The notes under the pieces were generated by a model. It worked only from the letters and a program-made list of their open reading frames with translations. It did not search any database and was not told the DNA's origin. Shown in pieces: positions 40,347 through 50,842 of a stretch of DNA of 64,000 bases (position 1 is the first letter of the stretch; every line of letters begins with the position of its first letter). The position numbers were made by a program, and so were the translations under genes. The stretch is taken from assembly GCA_031409275.1 (NCBI GenBank), contig JANNXA010000044.1, positions 32,001-96,000 on the forward strand, given 5' to 3'. The stretch comes from Planctomycetota bacterium. GTDB lineage: Bacteria > Planctomycetota > B15-G4 > SIAN01.

Positions 40347-42407
40347 TCAGATGAACCACGGCAGGAAGATCACGCCGACGACGGTCATCAGCTTGATCAG
40401 GATGTTGATGCTGGGGCCGGAGGTGTCCTTGAACGGGTCGCCGACCGTGTCGCCGACGACCGCCGCCTTGTGCACCGCGCCACCCTTGCCGCCGTACTGA
40501 CCGCCCTCGATGTACTTCTTCGCGTTGTCCCACGCGCCGCCGGCGTTCGACATGAAGATCGCCATCATCACGCCGGCGACGAGCGCGCCGGCCAGCAGGC
40601 CGCCGAGTCCCTGCACGCTCCAGAAGCCGGTCGCGATCGGCGCGACCACTGCCAGCAAGCCCGGCAGCGCCATCTGCTTGATCGCACCGTCGGTCGCGAT
40701 CGCGACGCAGCGCGCGGTGTCGGGCTTGGCGGTGCCTTCCATCAGCCCCTTGATCTCGCGGAACTGCCGGCGCACTTCCTCGACCATCTTGTTGGCCGCG
40801 TTGCCGACCGCGCGCATCGTCATCGCGCTGAAGAGGAACGGCAGCGCGCCGCCGAGCAGCAGGCCGATGATCACGTCGGTCGAGTTGATGTCGAGCACGA
40901 GGTCGTGCCCCGCGACGCCGTTGCCAAGCAGCGAGCCGGCACGCGCACAGAAGGCGTTGAAGAGCGCCAGCGCGGTGAGCGCCGCCGAGCCGATGGCGAA
41001 GCCCTTGCCGATCGCGGCGGTCGTGTTGCCGCACGCGTCGAGCGAGTCGGTGCGTTGACGCACTTCCTTCGGCAGCTCGGCCATCTCGGCGAGACCGCCC
41101 GCGTTGTCGGCGACCGGCCCGTACGCGTCGACGGCCAGCGAGATGCCGAGCGTCGAGAGCATGCCGACCGCGGCCATCGCGACGCCGTAGACGCCGCCGA
41201 GCTTGTAGGAGACGAAGATCGCGATGCAGATGAAGATCACCGGCAGCATCACCGATTCCATGCCGGTCGCGAGGCCGTGGATGATGTTGGTGGCCGCGCC
41301 GGTCTGCGACTGCTTCGCGATGTTCTTGACCGGATTGAAGCTGGTCGACGTGTAGTAGTCGGTGATCTTGCCGATGATGACGCCGGCGATCAGGCCGCTG
41401 ACGGTGGCGCCGAAGATCTTCAAGCCGACGACGTCCGACGGGAACGTGAGCGCCTGCGTGCAGAGCCACCAGGTGGCGAAGCCGACGACGATCGACGCGA
41501 TCACGAGGCCGCGGAAGAGCGCGCCGGTCAGCTTGCTCTCGTCCTTCGCGTTGACGAAGAAGCCGCCGAAGATCGAGCCGATGATGCCGAGCGCCGAGAC
41601 GGCGAGCGGCAGGATCACCATGCTGTCGACGTGGTCCTTGCCGGCCCACGCGAAGGCGCCGATGGTCATCGCGGCGACGATCGAGCCGGCGTAGCTCTCG
41701 AAGAGGTCGGCGCCCATGCCCGCCACGTCGCCGACGTTGTCACCGACGTTGTCGGCGATGGTCGCCGGGTTGCGCGGGTCATCCTCGGGGATGCCCGCCT
41801 CGATCTTGCCGACGAGGTCGCCACCGACGTCGGCCGCCTTCGTGAAGATGCCGCCGCCGACACGCGCGAACAGCGCGATCGAGCTGGCGCCGAACGAGAA
41901 GCCGAGCACCTGCTCGAGCACCTTGCTCGTGTAGCCCTCGGCACCGGAATAGAAGTAGGTGAAGCCCACGAGGCCGAGCAGCGCAAGGCCGACGACGGTC
42001 AGCCCCATCACCGAGCCCGAGCTGAAAGCGACGCGCAGCGCCTCGTTCAGCCCCGTGCGCGCCGCCTGCGTGGTGCGGACGGCGGCACGCGTCGAGCAAT
42101 GCATGCCGAAGTAGCCGGCCAGCGCGGAGAAGCTCGCGCCGCAGACGAAGGCGAGCGCCGTCTTCGGGCCGAGGCCGAGTTCGGCGCTCGACATCGCGAT
42201 CACGCCGCCGACGACGACGACGAACAGCCCGAGCCACTTGTACTCGGCCTTCAGGAACGCCGCGGCGCCCTCCTGCACGAGCTTCGAGATCTCGATCATC
42301 CGCGGCTCGCCTGGACTCAACTTCATGATCTTCATGAAGGTGAGCACCGCGAAAACGAGCGCGATGACGGCGCACACCGCGGAGACGAGTAGGAAGTTGA
42401 TGTCCAT
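40347..42407 (-). CDS. hppA: Membrane-integral pyrophosphatase, K+-dependent type (probably Na+-translocating)
   Basis: [37 protein letters not shown] (Ala = K+-dependent), [14 protein letters not shown]. Confidence 0.95.
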   Translation of the reverse strand: MDINFLLVSAVCAVIALVFAVLTFMKIMKLSPGEPRMIEISKLVQEGAAAFLKAEYKWLGLFVVVVGGVIAMSSAELGLGPKTALAFVCGASFSALAGYFGMHCSTRAAVRTTQAARTGLNEALRVAFSSGSVMGLTVVGLALLGLVGFTYFYSGAEGYTSKVLEQVLGFSFGASSIALFARVGGGIFTKAADVGGDLVGKIEAGIPEDDPRNPATIADNVGDNVGDVAGMGADLFESYAGSIVAAMTIGAFAWAGKDHVDSMVILPLAVSALGIIGSIFGGFFVNAKDESKLTGALFRGLVIASIVVGFATWWLCTQALTFPSDVVGLKIFGATVSGLIAGVIIGKITDYYTSTSFNPVKNIAKQSQTGAATNIIHGLATGMESVMLPVIFICIAIFVSYKLGGVYGVAMAAVGMLSTLGISLAVDAYGPVADNAGGLAEMAELPKEVRQRTDSLDACGNTTAAIGKGFAIGSAALTALALFNAFCARAGSLLGNGVAGHDLVLDINSTDVIIGLLLGGALPFLFSAMTMRAVGNAANKMVEEVRRQFREIKGLMEGTAKPDTARCVAIATDGAIKQMALPGLLAVVAPIATGFWSVQGLGGLLAGALVAGVMMAIFMSNAGGAWDNAKKYIEGGQYGGKGGAVHKAAVVGDTVGDPFKDTSGPSINILIKLMTVVGVIFLPWFI

Positions 42408-42762
42408 GCAGGTTCTCTGGAGCGAAAAAGGCCTGGCCAAAGGCAAGTCGAACGCACGCTGCGTCGGGACACTTGCGCTGGGCGCGCCCTGGTGGAACGA
42501 CGGCACCGACCCCGGTGCTACCCACCATGAACCGCCCTAGAAATTGGGGCCACGAATGTAGCCGGGGGTCGCCTGCCGTCAATCGCAGCGACGCCGGGCG
42601 GCCCCCAAAGTTCGCCCTCTGCCCTGAAGGAACTCGGCGACCGGAAGGAACTTCTCGTTCGATGGGACGTTCGTGCTTCGTGCGGGAGGGTCTAGGGCGG
42701 CGTTGAAGCTGCGAATAGGCGCGCGAACGACGGGGCGCTGCGGCCGCCGCGCCGCCCCTCGC

Positions 42763-43752
42763 TCACCCGGCCGCCGCTTTCACTGCGCCGTCGCCGCTGG
42801 TCGAGCTGGCGTTCGTTTCGCCGCTGGCCGCCTTCTCGGCCGGAGAGAGTTCGCGCCGGTCGCGCACGATCAGGGTGCCCGAGCCTTCGTTGGTGAAGAT
42901 CTCCGTCAGGAGGCTCGCCCGCTGGCTGCCGATGACGTGGACGCGCGCGACGCCCTGCTCCAGCGCCATGCGGATGGCGCTGGCCTTCGGCAGCATCCCG
43001 CTGGCGACGGAGCCGTTCTCGACCAGCTCCTCGAGGCCGCGCAGGTCGGTGCAGGAGATCAGCGAGCTCGGGTCGCTCTTGTCCTCCAGGATGCCAGGCA
43101 CGTCCGACACGAAGACGAGCTTCTCGGCACGGAGCGCGCGGGCGAGCGACGCGGCCACGGTGTCGGCATTGATGTTCAGCACATTGCCGGCGTCGTCGGC
43201 GGCGAGCGGGCTCACCACCGGCAAGTAGCCGGCCGCCAGCAACTTCTCCAGGAGTGTGGGGTCGACGCCGTCGACATCACCGACGTGGCCGAAGTCGACC
43301 ATGGTCGGCGTCCCATCGACGATGACGGAGCGGGGCGCGCGACGACGCGCCTTCACCATGCCGGCGTCGATTCCCGACACCCCCACCGCCTGCAGGCCGA
43401 CCGCTCGGCATGCCGCGAGCACGTTGGTGTTGACTGCCCCGTTCATCGACAACACCGCAATCTCGAGCGACGCTGCGTCGGTGACGCGCCGCCCCTCGAT
43501 CATGCGCGGCTCGATGCCGAGCTTTCGCGACAGGTCGCTGGTCTGTGGGCCGCCGCCGTGCACCAACACGACGTGAACGCCGAGCTCGCGCACCACGGAG
43601 AGCTGCTCGGCGAGGTCGCGCAACAGCGACGGATCGCTGCAAGGCGCCCCGCCGATCTTCACCACGAAGATCTTGCCCTTGAACAGGCGGACGTACGGCA
43701 GCGCGCGCTTCAGCGAATCCATGGTGGCGCTGCGATCATCGGCGAACGTCAT
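42763..43752 (-). CDS. argB: Acetylglutamate kinase
   Basis: VVKIGG, VHGGGPQ, GRRVTD, NINAD, GMLPK. Confidence 0.95.
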   Translation of the reverse strand: MTFADDRSATMDSLKRALPYVRLFKGKIFVVKIGGAPCSDPSLLRDLAEQLSVVRELGVHVVLVHGGGPQTSDLSRKLGIEPRMIEGRRVTDAASLEIAVLSMNGAVNTNVLAACRAVGLQAVGVSGIDAGMVKARRRAPRSVIVDGTPTMVDFGHVGDVDGVDPTLLEKLLAAGYLPVVSPLAADDAGNVLNINADTVAASLARALRAEKLVFVSDVPGILEDKSDPSSLISCTDLRGLEELVENGSVASGMLPKASAIRMALEQGVARVHVIGSQRASLLTEIFTNEGSGTLIVRDRRELSPAEKAASGETNASSTSGDGAVKAAAG

Positions 43753-44945
43753 CGGGAGATCTCCTCGGGAGCGTGACGAGGCACGCTCTCCAGCGCGGCA
43801 GCGAGCCGCTCGACATGCTCTTCTTCCACGACCAGCGGCGGCAGCAGGCGCACGATCCGTGGATCGTGGCTGGAGCCAGCCAGGATTCCGCGCGTGCGAA
43901 GCTCGGCGAGGACTTCCTTCGCCGGTCGCGACACGCGCAATCCAATCAACAATCCAAGCCCCTGGATGCCGTCCACGGGCCCGACGCAACAGGTGTCGAA
44001 GATGCGCTTCGACACGCGTCGCACCCGTTCGAGGACGTGATCCTCTTCAAGCGCCTGCAGCGTCGCCTCGACCAGCGCGCACGCGAGCGGCCCGCCGCCG
44101 AACGTCGTGCCGAGCTGCCCCTTCTTGATCCTGGCGGCGACCGCATCGCCGACCAGCATCGCGCCCACCGGAAACCCGCCGGCGATTCCCTTCGCGGTGG
44201 TGAGCACGTCGGGAACGACGCCGTAGTGGTCGGCGGCGAACGGTTGGCCCGAGCGGCACACGCCGATCTGCACTTCGTCGAGCAGCAGCAGCGCCCCCGC
44301 TCGCGTCGTCGCCGCGCGCGCCGCACGAACGAACGCCATCGACAGCGGCCGCGCGCCGGCGACGCCTTGCACCGGCTCGAAGATCACGGCGGCGGTCTGC
44401 TCGTCGACGGCCGCTTCCAACGCGGCAACGTCATCGAACGGCACCCAGGTCACGTCGAACGGCTTGCGCGGGAACGCATACCAGCCTTCGTGGTGATCGG
44501 TGATGGCCGCGGCGGCGGCGGTGCGTCCGTGGAACGCGCCCTCCACCGCGACGACCTTCGGTCGCTTGGTCACCAGGAACGCGACGCGCAACGCGTTCTC
44601 GTTCGCCTCGGCGCCCGAATTCACGAAGAAGACCTTCGTGAGTCCGCGCGGCGCCAGCTTCACCAACCGTGCCGCCGCGCGCGTGCGCACCTCGAGGTCG
44701 ACCGCGTTGCTCTGGAAGAAGAGTCGCTTCGCCTGCGCGACCAACGCATCGACGAGCCGCTGGTGGCCGTAGCCCAACGACGCCACGGCGTGGCCGCCGT
44801 AGAAGTCGAGGTAGCGCTTGCCGTTCGAGTCGACGACATGGACCCCATCGCCGCTGGCGACGGTCATGCCCATGCGATCGAAGACGTCGAGGAGCGGATC
44901 GTTCGTCGAAGCTGCGGCTGGCGTTGCCGCGGCGTTTGCATTCAT
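43749..44945 (-). CDS. argD: Acetylornithine aminotransferase (class III PLP)
   Basis: NSGAEANE, FHGRT, EPVQG, DEVQ, AKGIAGGFP, TTFGG. Confidence 0.9.
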   Translation of the reverse strand: MNANAAATPAAASTNDPLLDVFDRMGMTVASGDGVHVVDSNGKRYLDFYGGHAVASLGYGHQRLVDALVAQAKRLFFQSNAVDLEVRTRAAARLVKLAPRGLTKVFFVNSGAEANENALRVAFLVTKRPKVVAVEGAFHGRTAAAAAITDHHEGWYAFPRKPFDVTWVPFDDVAALEAAVDEQTAAVIFEPVQGVAGARPLSMAFVRAARAATTRAGALLLLDEVQIGVCRSGQPFAADHYGVVPDVLTTAKGIAGGFPVGAMLVGDAVAARIKKGQLGTTFGGGPLACALVEATLQALEEDHVLERVRRVSKRIFDTCCVGPVDGIQGLGLLIGLRVSRPAKEVLAELRTRGILAGSSHDPRIVRLLPPLVVEEEHVERLAAALESVPRHAPEEISR

Positions 44946-46102
44946 CAGTACCACCCCAATCCCGGCAGCTCGAGGCCCGCCCCATCGGGCAGCCCGAACA
45001 GCCGGTTCATCCACTGGACCGCGCCGCCGGCGGCGCCCTTCGCGAGGTTGTCGATCACCGACGTCACGACGAGCGTCCGGCCGCGCGTCGCGATTCCGAG
45101 CCGCACCTTGTTGGTGCCGACGACTTCCGTCAGCTTCGGCGCCGTCGTCGTCGCGACCACGAACGAGCGCCCGCCGGTGGCGTGCGCGCGCTGTTCATGC
45201 AGCGCGTTCACCTGCTCGACGAGTGCGGAAGCGCTGGCGTCACGGCGCAGCGTGAGTCGCAGCGTCGCGTGGATGCCGCGGACGAACGGCCCGGAGTGCG
45301 GGACGAACTCGACCTCTGGCGCGCGGCCGTCCGCGCAGGCCGCTCCGATCAGCCGACGCATCTCCGGCTCGTGGCGATGCGACAGCGCGTTGTAGGCGTA
45401 GAGCGTCGCGTGGCGTTCCGGGTGGTGGGTGTTGGCGGCGGGAGTTCGGCCGCTGCCCGAGCTGCCGGTCACGGCACTCGCGAACACATCCCCTTCGACG
45501 AGCCCGAGCTTGAAGAACGGCCACGCGGCGCACGTCACGGCAGTCGTGAAACAGCCGGGCTGCGCGGCATGACGCATCGGCGGCGCCGCCCCCCCATCGA
45601 CGTGCTCTGGCACGGCGCAGGTGAAGCGCTCGAGCAGCTCGGGCGCTGCGTGCGGCTTGCCGTAGATCGACGCCCATTGGGACGCGTCGGGAAAACGGAA
45701 GTCGGCGGAGAGATCGACGACGTGGAAGTCGCTCAACGCGGCGCCGCGATCGAGTCCAGCGGCCGCTCGTGCCGCGAACAGCTTCTTCGCGAGCGGTGCC
45801 GCGGCCCCATGCGGCGTCGCGATGAAGATGGCGAGCGGACCGCCGCGCACGCACGCGTCGAGCACCGCCTCTTCGGTCGCGAACCGCAGCGCGTCGAGCC
45901 TCGTGCCCGCGAGGTGTGGGAAGGCGCTGACGACGAGCTCGTCGGGTTGGCTGGTCGATGCGACATGGGTGGCGACGAAACGCGGGTGGAGCGCGAGGAG
46001 ACGCAGCAGCTCGCCGGCCACGTAGCCGGAGCCGCCGTGGACTGCCGCTGTGATCGGTGCGTCGTCGCGTGGCGCCGCGTGGCGCGGTGCGTCAGACGTC
46101 AT
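44945..46102 (-). CDS. argC: N-acetyl-gamma-glutamyl-phosphate reductase
   Basis: GGSGYVAGEL, ATPHG, DLSADFR, PGCF, HRHEPE, DNLAKGAAG. Confidence 0.95.
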   Translation of the reverse strand: MTSDAPRHAAPRDDAPITAAVHGGSGYVAGELLRLLALHPRFVATHVASTSQPDELVVSAFPHLAGTRLDALRFATEEAVLDACVRGGPLAIFIATPHGAAAPLAKKLFAARAAAGLDRGAALSDFHVVDLSADFRFPDASQWASIYGKPHAAPELLERFTCAVPEHVDGGAAPPMRHAAQPGCFTTAVTCAAWPFFKLGLVEGDVFASAVTGSSGSGRTPAANTHHPERHATLYAYNALSHRHEPEMRRLIGAACADGRAPEVEFVPHSGPFVRGIHATLRLTLRRDASASALVEQVNALHEQRAHATGGRSFVVATTTAPKLTEVVGTNKVRLGIATRGRTLVVTSVIDNLAKGAAGGAVQWMNRLFGLPDGAGLELPGLGWY

Positions 46103-47219
46103 CGTGAGTGCCCCCGGCGGCCGCCGCGAAGGCGCGACCGCTCTCACTTGCCGCGCGCGTCGCGACGAGCTGATCGAGGCCGCTCTTGGCGAGGACGATG
46201 CGTGCGAGCTCGTCGGCTTGCGTCCTGGCGTTGCGCGCCGGGCAGCCCGCCTGCTCTTCGACGAGACGCGCCGCGGCGGTGTTGTCGGTCGCGGGACCGG
46301 TGATCGCGGTGCATTCGAGGCCGTAGCGATCACGCAGCAGTTGCACGCCGCCCCACGCCGCGACCGGGTCGGACGCAGCGAGCACGACGGCCGAGAAGCT
46401 GGCGCGGATCTCGGGCGTCGCGAGGATCTCGTTCACTCCGTAGAGGCCAAGCAAACCGTCGCCAAGCTCGAGCACGATCGCATCGGGGCGATCACGCGCG
46501 AGATTCGTCAGTATCGTGCGTGCAGCGAGCGGCGCCGTCTGCGGCGTCGTCGTGACGATGCCGAGGTCGGTGAACATCAGGATCCGGCGCGCGCCGGCGT
46601 CTTCCATCGAGAGGATGTCGCGGCGCAGCGAAACACCGGTCGTCTTGCCGGCGCCGACGCGCAGGCCGACGTGCGCAAACGACTGCACGAGGCTGCACGC
46701 CGCGGCAGTCTTGCCCGCGTTCATGCAGGAGCCGACGATGGCGACGACCGGGATGCCGCGCACGTCGAGCAGCTCCTCAACTGGCAGCGCGCCTTGCGTG
46801 ATGTGCGCCGGAACGCCGATGCGCTCGCCGAGGAACGGGAAGTGAAGCACCTGGCCAAGGACCTCGACCACGAATGGTGCGCCGAGGTCCGGCGAACCGC
46901 CATCGTGCACGCCGATGACGCCACCGAGGTTCAGCACGTTCAGTTTGTCGCCGACCTTCACTTCGCTCGGCACGTGGCCGGAATAGCCGAACAGCGCCTT
47001 GCGATGGCCGAGCGCGCCGGCAACGACGTCGCCCGGCTTCACTTGCGAGAAGCGACCCGACGGCAGCTCGAGCGTGTTGTAGGTGCTCTTGCTGGTCAAC
47101 ACGCGAACGGCGACGACGCTGCCTTCGACCGCGTGGATCTCATTGGCCACGCGCACTTCGCGCGACAGGCGGCAGTTCAACGTGACGGAGCCGATCTTGT
47201 CGAGCAGGACAGTCTTCAT
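46092..47219 (-). CDS. DUF1611-like P-loop protein embedded in the arg operon (375 aa)
   Basis: VGSCMNAGKT P-loop, AGKTTG...DAGA..FTDLG, LELGDGL; overlaps argG (TGATG) and argC (11 bp). Confidence 0.75.
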   Translation of the reverse strand: MKTVLLDKIGSVTLNCRLSREVRVANEIHAVEGSVVAVRVLTSKSTYNTLELPSGRFSQVKPGDVVAGALGHRKALFGYSGHVPSEVKVGDKLNVLNLGGVIGVHDGGSPDLGAPFVVEVLGQVLHFPFLGERIGVPAHITQGALPVEELLDVRGIPVVAIVGSCMNAGKTAAACSLVQSFAHVGLRVGAGKTTGVSLRRDILSMEDAGARRILMFTDLGIVTTTPQTAPLAARTILTNLARDRPDAIVLELGDGLLGLYGVNEILATPEIRASFSAVVLAASDPVAAWGGVQLLRDRYGLECTAITGPATDNTAAARLVEEQAGCPARNARTQADELARIVLAKSGLDQLVATRAASESGRAFAAAAGGTHDDV

Positions 47220-48448
47220 CAGCGGATCCCTTTCTGCGAACGAGCAATGGACGAGGAAGCGGCGCGCGCGGCGAGCTGCGCCGGCAGCCCCAGAATCCGG
47301 CTGAAGCCGGCGGCGTCCGCGGCGGTCCACTCCCCCGCCGCTTCGCCATAGACCGCCTTGCTGGCGGCTTTCAACGAGAACGGCGAAGTGACGCCGGTGA
47401 CGAAGGCGTGTCCGGTACGCAGGAGCACGCGCACTTCGCCCGTCACGCGCGCTTGTGAACTCGCGAACAGCGCTTCGGCATCGCGACAGGCCGGCTCGAC
47501 CCACTGTCCTTCGTGGATCCAGTCGCCGTAGAGGCTCGCGGCGGCTTCCTTCAATCGCTGCTGACGCTGCGTCAACACCAGCTTCTCGAGTTCGCGATGC
47601 GCAGCGATCAAGAGCGTCGCCGCGGGCGCCTCGAATGCGACGCGTCCTTTCATGCCCAGGATCGTGTCGCCGAGATGGATGCCACGGCCGATCCCGAACG
47701 GCGCCGCGATGCGATCGAGCGCTTCGATCAGCGCCACCGGGTCGAGGCGCTTCTCGTCGATCGCGACCGGCACTCCGCGCTCGAACGCGACAGTCAGCGC
47801 ATGCGGCGCGCGCAACGAATCGAACGCACCTCGGGTCAGGACCCACGCGCTCTCCGGAATCGACTCCACCGTGTCGGTCGTTTCCTTGCCGCCGATCGTC
47901 ACTCCCCACAGACCTCGATTCACGGAGTAGGCGGCGCGTTGCGCGGAGACGACAATTCCACGATCCCGCAGGTATCCCGCCTCGTGGTCGCGCGAGAAGC
48001 CGTGGTCGCGCACGGGCGCGAGGATCTGCAACTCGGGCGCGAGGGTGCGCAGCGCCACTTCGAAACGAACCTGGTCGTTGCCGGCGGCGGTGCAGCCGTG
48101 GGCGACCGCCTTCGCACCGAGACGGCGCGCCTGCTCCGCCACCACTCGTGCCTGGAGGCTTCGCTCCGCCCCGACACACAACGGATAGAGCGTCCCTCGC
48201 AGCACGTTGCCGGCCAGCAACCAGCGCAGTGTCTCATTGAAGAAATCTTCGCGGGCGTCGATGCAATGGTGGCCGATCGCGCCGAGTTGACGCGATTTGT
48301 CGGCGAGCTTCGCGCGCTCGCCGTCGTCGAGCCCACCGGTGTCGACGATGACCGTGATGACGTCGCTTCCGTACGTCTCTTTGAGCCATGGGACGCAGAA
48401 CGAGGTGTCGAGACCTCCTGAGAAGGCGAGCACGATCGGTTCAGCCAT
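47219..48448 (-). CDS. argG: Argininosuccinate synthase
   Basis: LAFSGGLDTS, HGCTAAGNDQVRFE, GMKGRVAFEAP. Confidence 0.97.
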   Translation of the reverse strand: MAEPIVLAFSGGLDTSFCVPWLKETYGSDVITVIVDTGGLDDGERAKLADKSRQLGAIGHHCIDAREDFFNETLRWLLAGNVLRGTLYPLCVGAERSLQARVVAEQARRLGAKAVAHGCTAAGNDQVRFEVALRTLAPELQILAPVRDHGFSRDHEAGYLRDRGIVVSAQRAAYSVNRGLWGVTIGGKETTDTVESIPESAWVLTRGAFDSLRAPHALTVAFERGVPVAIDEKRLDPVALIEALDRIAAPFGIGRGIHLGDTILGMKGRVAFEAPAATLLIAAHRELEKLVLTQRQQRLKEAAASLYGDWIHEGQWVEPACRDAEALFASSQARVTGEVRVLLRTGHAFVTGVTSPFSLKAASKAVYGEAAGEWTAADAAGFSRILGLPAQLAARAASSSIARSQKGIR

Positions 48449-48598
48449 GATCCCCTCGAAGCAGTTCGGTATGCGATCTTCGCGTGATTCACTCACGTGG
48501 GCGTGTGGATCGCGCTCTTTGACGTTTCGATCGGAATGCGATCTGACGAGGTTGAAGATGCATCGAAACTTCGATGTCGTTTCGTCTTCCCAGTCGTC

Positions 48599-48636
48599 AG
48601 CGCATTAATATGCCATAGTTCAGCTGACTATGCAAC
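48599..48636 (-). promoter_or_regulatory. Tandem ARG-box-like operators overlapping a putative sigma70 promoter of the arg operon
   Basis: Cores cgcattaatatgcc (48601-48614) and cagctgactatgca (48621-48634) at a 20-bp period; minus-strand TTGCAT-N17-CATATT. Confidence 0.6.
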
Positions 48637-48893
48637 GACCTAGTTTGAGCTGATTCCGATCGATTTCCGAACGATGTAGGCTCGGGTTCATCGACCACGC
48701 GAGTTCCAATCGCCTGCGTCGACGCGAGCGGCGCAAATGCATGGCAAATCGCGCGCGCGGACGATCCAGGTGAGTCGCGCGGGGAATTCGCGGCAGCGGA
48801 GGACGCGCGGCGTCTCACGCTTCCGCGGCGCATCACGGCCGTTGTCGTTTTGCGAAGCGGTGCACGCGCTTCAATCGGCACCGCCGTTGAGCC

Positions 48894-49751
48894 TCACTCG
48901 ATGTCAGGCGGTTGACCGGTCATCCGCTCGTAGAGGCGCTCGAACTCGGCGAGATCGCGGTAGTCGATGATGATTCGACCGCGGGATCCGCGTTCGACGA
49001 TCGAGACTTTGGTGCCAAGCGCCTCTCGCAGCGAGCGCGCCAAGCGGACGGAGTCCGCGGAAACGCTTTTCTGGGATGCCGGCCGCTGCGCGGCGGCGCT
49101 CTCCGTCGCTCGAACATTCCAGCGCTGCTCGAGAATCGACTTGAACAAAACGTCTCGGAGATTCGGATCGGGCTCGGCGAGGAGCGCGCGCGCGTGCCCC
49201 TCGCTGATCGCCCCGCTCGCCAATGCAGCGAGCTGGTGATCGTTCAACTCCAGTACACGCAATGCGTTACTGACGGTAGAGCGTCCCAGTCCCGCCAGTT
49301 CGGCGACGCGCTCGTGGGAGAGCTGATGTTCATCGACCAGCCGTCGGAAACCGCGCGCGCGCTCCACTGGATTGAGGTCGCGACGCTGGATGTTCTCGAT
49401 CAGCGCGACCACCAACATCTCGGCGTCGGGGATCGACTTGATCGAAACGGGCACCTTGGTCAGCCCAGCGCGTCGAGCCGCGATGAGTCGGCGCTCCCCC
49501 GCGACCAGTTCAAGGCCCCCACCCTCTTTCGGCCGGACCAAGAGCGGTTGCAGCACCCCGTGCGCGCGGATCGAATCGGTCAGTTCGACGAGCGCCGATT
49601 CGTCAAACTGCGACCGCGGTTGCCAAGGGTTCGGAGAGATCTCGTCCACCCCCACTTCCGCGGTGGCAACGGCGGCAGCTGGCTCGACCGAGGCTTCCGG
49701 TGTCGATTGAAGCAGGAAGTCGAGACCTCGACCAAGACGACGTGATTTCAA
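48894..49751 (-). CDS. parB: Chromosome partitioning protein ParB/Spo0J
   Basis: RLGRGL, PNPWQPR, GVLQPL, VAGERR, ENIQRRDLNPVE, GHARAL. Confidence 0.97.
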   Translation of the reverse strand: MKSRRLGRGLDFLLQSTPEASVEPAAAVATAEVGVDEISPNPWQPRSQFDESALVELTDSIRAHGVLQPLLVRPKEGGGLELVAGERRLIAARRAGLTKVPVSIKSIPDAEMLVVALIENIQRRDLNPVERARGFRRLVDEHQLSHERVAELAGLGRSTVSNALRVLELNDHQLAALASGAISEGHARALLAEPDPNLRDVLFKSILEQRWNVRATESAAAQRPASQKSVSADSVRLARSLREALGTKVSIVERGSRGRIIIDYRDLAEFERLYERMTGQPPDIE

Positions 49752-49805
49752 GCGTTGACTCCGATTGGCGCGCGATCGACGCGGGTGTTATCCGATTCGG
49801 CTTCG

Positions 49806-49821
49806 CGTTTCACGTGAAACA
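49806..49821. promoter_or_regulatory. parS centromere site (15/16 match)
   Basis: CGTTTCACGTGAAACA vs consensus TGTTTCACGTGAAACA. Confidence 0.9.
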
Positions 49822-50293
49822 TGACCGCTGCGGTGCCCGCAACGTCGCGGCCGTTGACGACGACGCTGCGGGGCCCCGACAGCGGCACGCGGGTGGCGCC
49901 GGCCGCGGACGACGCCGGGCGCCGACCTCGCCGGCACGGTGGTGACGCCGGAACGTGCGGACTCGGAGCCGGATCCGTTCGAGGCGACGCGACCGGCGCC
50001 GTCGGTCGGCGGCCTTCGGGGGCACGCTCCGCCGGGTGCTCGACGATCGCGATTCCGGCCGGCGCCGGCGGTGGCGGCCGGCGCGTTGCCTGCGACGCGC
50101 GGTGTGCGACCCCAAAGCGTTCCGCCCGGACAACGGCGACGTTCCTCGAATCGCCCGGAAACGCTCGCGAGCCGCCGAGAGGCGTCAGCGGCGACCCGAC
50201 TCGTCGATCTCGCCATCTCGAAGCGGAGATCAACCCAAAGCACTCTGAGCGGCCGCGACATCCTCCGGCCGAGGGTGCACGCCGATCAGACGC

Positions 50294-50309
50294 TGTTTCA
50301 CGTGAAACA
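50294..50309. promoter_or_regulatory. parS centromere site (perfect)
   Basis: TGTTTCACGTGAAACA. Confidence 0.95.
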
Positions 50310-50476
50310 TCGCTGACTCGTCCGGGGCGCCGACCTGCGAGGACCTGAACGCTTCCGGCGCGGAGAGAGCGAAGGCGCGCCTCGTTCGCGGCACTTCGGT
50401 CGGCTCAGCGACGTCCTCAGGGCGCTCCGCCAGGGGCCAGTTCACTGAATCGACCGCGATTGCTATCAACGATCGA

Positions 50477-50842
50477 ATGCAAACGCCGGAGAACACGCCG
50501 TCCGACGACCACCGCGGCTCGTTGGGTCAGCTTGTGCGCTGGATGGGGGCCGTCCAGGGCGTCGGGTTTCGCGCGCTCGTGCGGAACGAGGCTCGGCGAC
50601 GCGGCCTGGCCGGTTGGGTGCGCAATCGGAACGACGGCTCGGTCGAGGCGATGCTCATCGGCGACGCAGTGGCGATCTCGGAGCTCGTCGAAGTAATCGC
50701 TCAAACACGTCAGGGCGCGATCCGCGAGACCGCGGCGCGTTCGCTCGATCGGTCATACTTGCGGTGCGAAGGCCCTTTCTTCGTCGCTCCCACGAGCGGC
50801 GTCGACGCGTTTCTTCCCTACAACGGCGGGGGCCACGGATGA
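50477..50842 (+). CDS. acyP: Acylphosphatase
   Basis: GAVQGVGFR and GWVRNRNDGSVE signatures. Confidence 0.85.
   Translation: MQTPENTPSDDHRGSLGQLVRWMGAVQGVGFRALVRNEARRRGLAGWVRNRNDGSVEAMLIGDAVAISELVEVIAQTRQGAIRETAARSLDRSYLRCEGPFFVAPTSGVDAFLPYNGGGHG

Noticed and set aside
42626..42652. Direct repeat gaaggaact x2 upstream of hppA
   Set aside because: Only 9 bp and two copies; could be a binding site but is not distinguishable from chance
49748..50233. 161-aa minus-strand ORF abutting parB as a possible parA
   Set aside because: No Walker A motif, low complexity, and its MFHVK segment is just the translated parS; not called, though its stop overlaps the parB start
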